In this document: positions 51,767-51,967 of the stretch, in pieces | Layout: every line of letters starts with the position of its first letter | Position numbering within the stretch: position 1 is the first letter of the stretch | Source of the DNA: Candidatus Eiseniibacteriota bacterium | GTDB lineage: Bacteria > Eisenbacteria > RBG-16-71-46 > CAZEPH01 | Direction: 5' to 3' | Assembly: GCA_044229145.1 (NCBI GenBank) | Contig: JBGATO010000023.1 | Span: 1-51,967, forward strand | Length of the DNA: 51,967 bases | Made by a program: the position numbers and the translations under genes | The notes under the pieces: model-generated | Told to the model about the DNA's origin: nothing | Databases searched by the model: none | What the model saw: only the letters and a program-made list of their open reading frames with translations

Positions 51767-51966
51767 CGCGCGAACTCCCGCGTCAGCTCGGCGCGCACGG
51801 AGTTGCGCGAGCGCGCATAGCTGCCTTGCTCCTCGCGTGCAAACCGGTACTCCGCGCTGGCGCTCAGACGACGCACCCTCCATTCGCCACGCGCGACCGC
51901 TTCGCGCAGACGCCGTGGCTGCGTGCTGCCGATGTCCTGATCGTCATGCGCGGAGAGTGACAGATG
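51763..51966 (-). CDS. C-terminal fragment of a putative outer-membrane beta-barrel (porin of a porin-cytochrome cluster)
   Basis: Open frame ...GEWRVRRLSASAEYRFARE...NSVRAELTREFAR* with alternating strand pattern; GTGA overlap with the NHL start; absent from the ORF track. Confidence 0.55.
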   Translation of the reverse strand, partial: HLSLSAHDDQDIGSTQPRRLREAVARGEWRVRRLSASAEYRFAREEQGSYARSRNSVRAELTREFAR

Positions 51967-51967
51967 C

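Overview
GC-rich bacterial chromosomal segment. A PorV/PorQ-like barrel plus cargo proteins with FlgD/T9SS-like C-terminal domains suggest an FCB-related lineage such as Ca. Eisenbacteria or Latescibacteria (inference). Left to right: an AT-richer edge with a DUF2085 gene; a secreted BNR/VPS10 propeller protein; a minus-strand unit of PaaI thioesterase, thiolase, triple-DUF3566-like protein and a frameshifted ATL gene; a 3D-domain, GT2, flippase, GT2, GNAT cluster; a pafBC-like WYL pair whose pafC 5' end carries a 53-bp tandem duplication with only synonymous differences; two secreted propeller proteins; a propionyl-CoA carboxylase, methylmalonyl-CoA mutase and epimerase operon; KGG, cupin, DUF62, cutA and yihY; a ~2400-aa Ca-binding-repeat surface protein followed by a PorV-like barrel; an ~800-bp intergenic region with two sigma70-like promoters and a candidate structured ncRNA; an acyl-CoA catabolic region (isobutyryl-CoA mutase, CoA transferase, three ACADs of which one is catalytically degenerate, thiolase, Hbd); and the end of a probable porin, NHL, multiheme cytochrome cluster. 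No rRNA, tRNA, CRISPR array or transposase was recognised. All calls come from reading the sequence; no searches were run.
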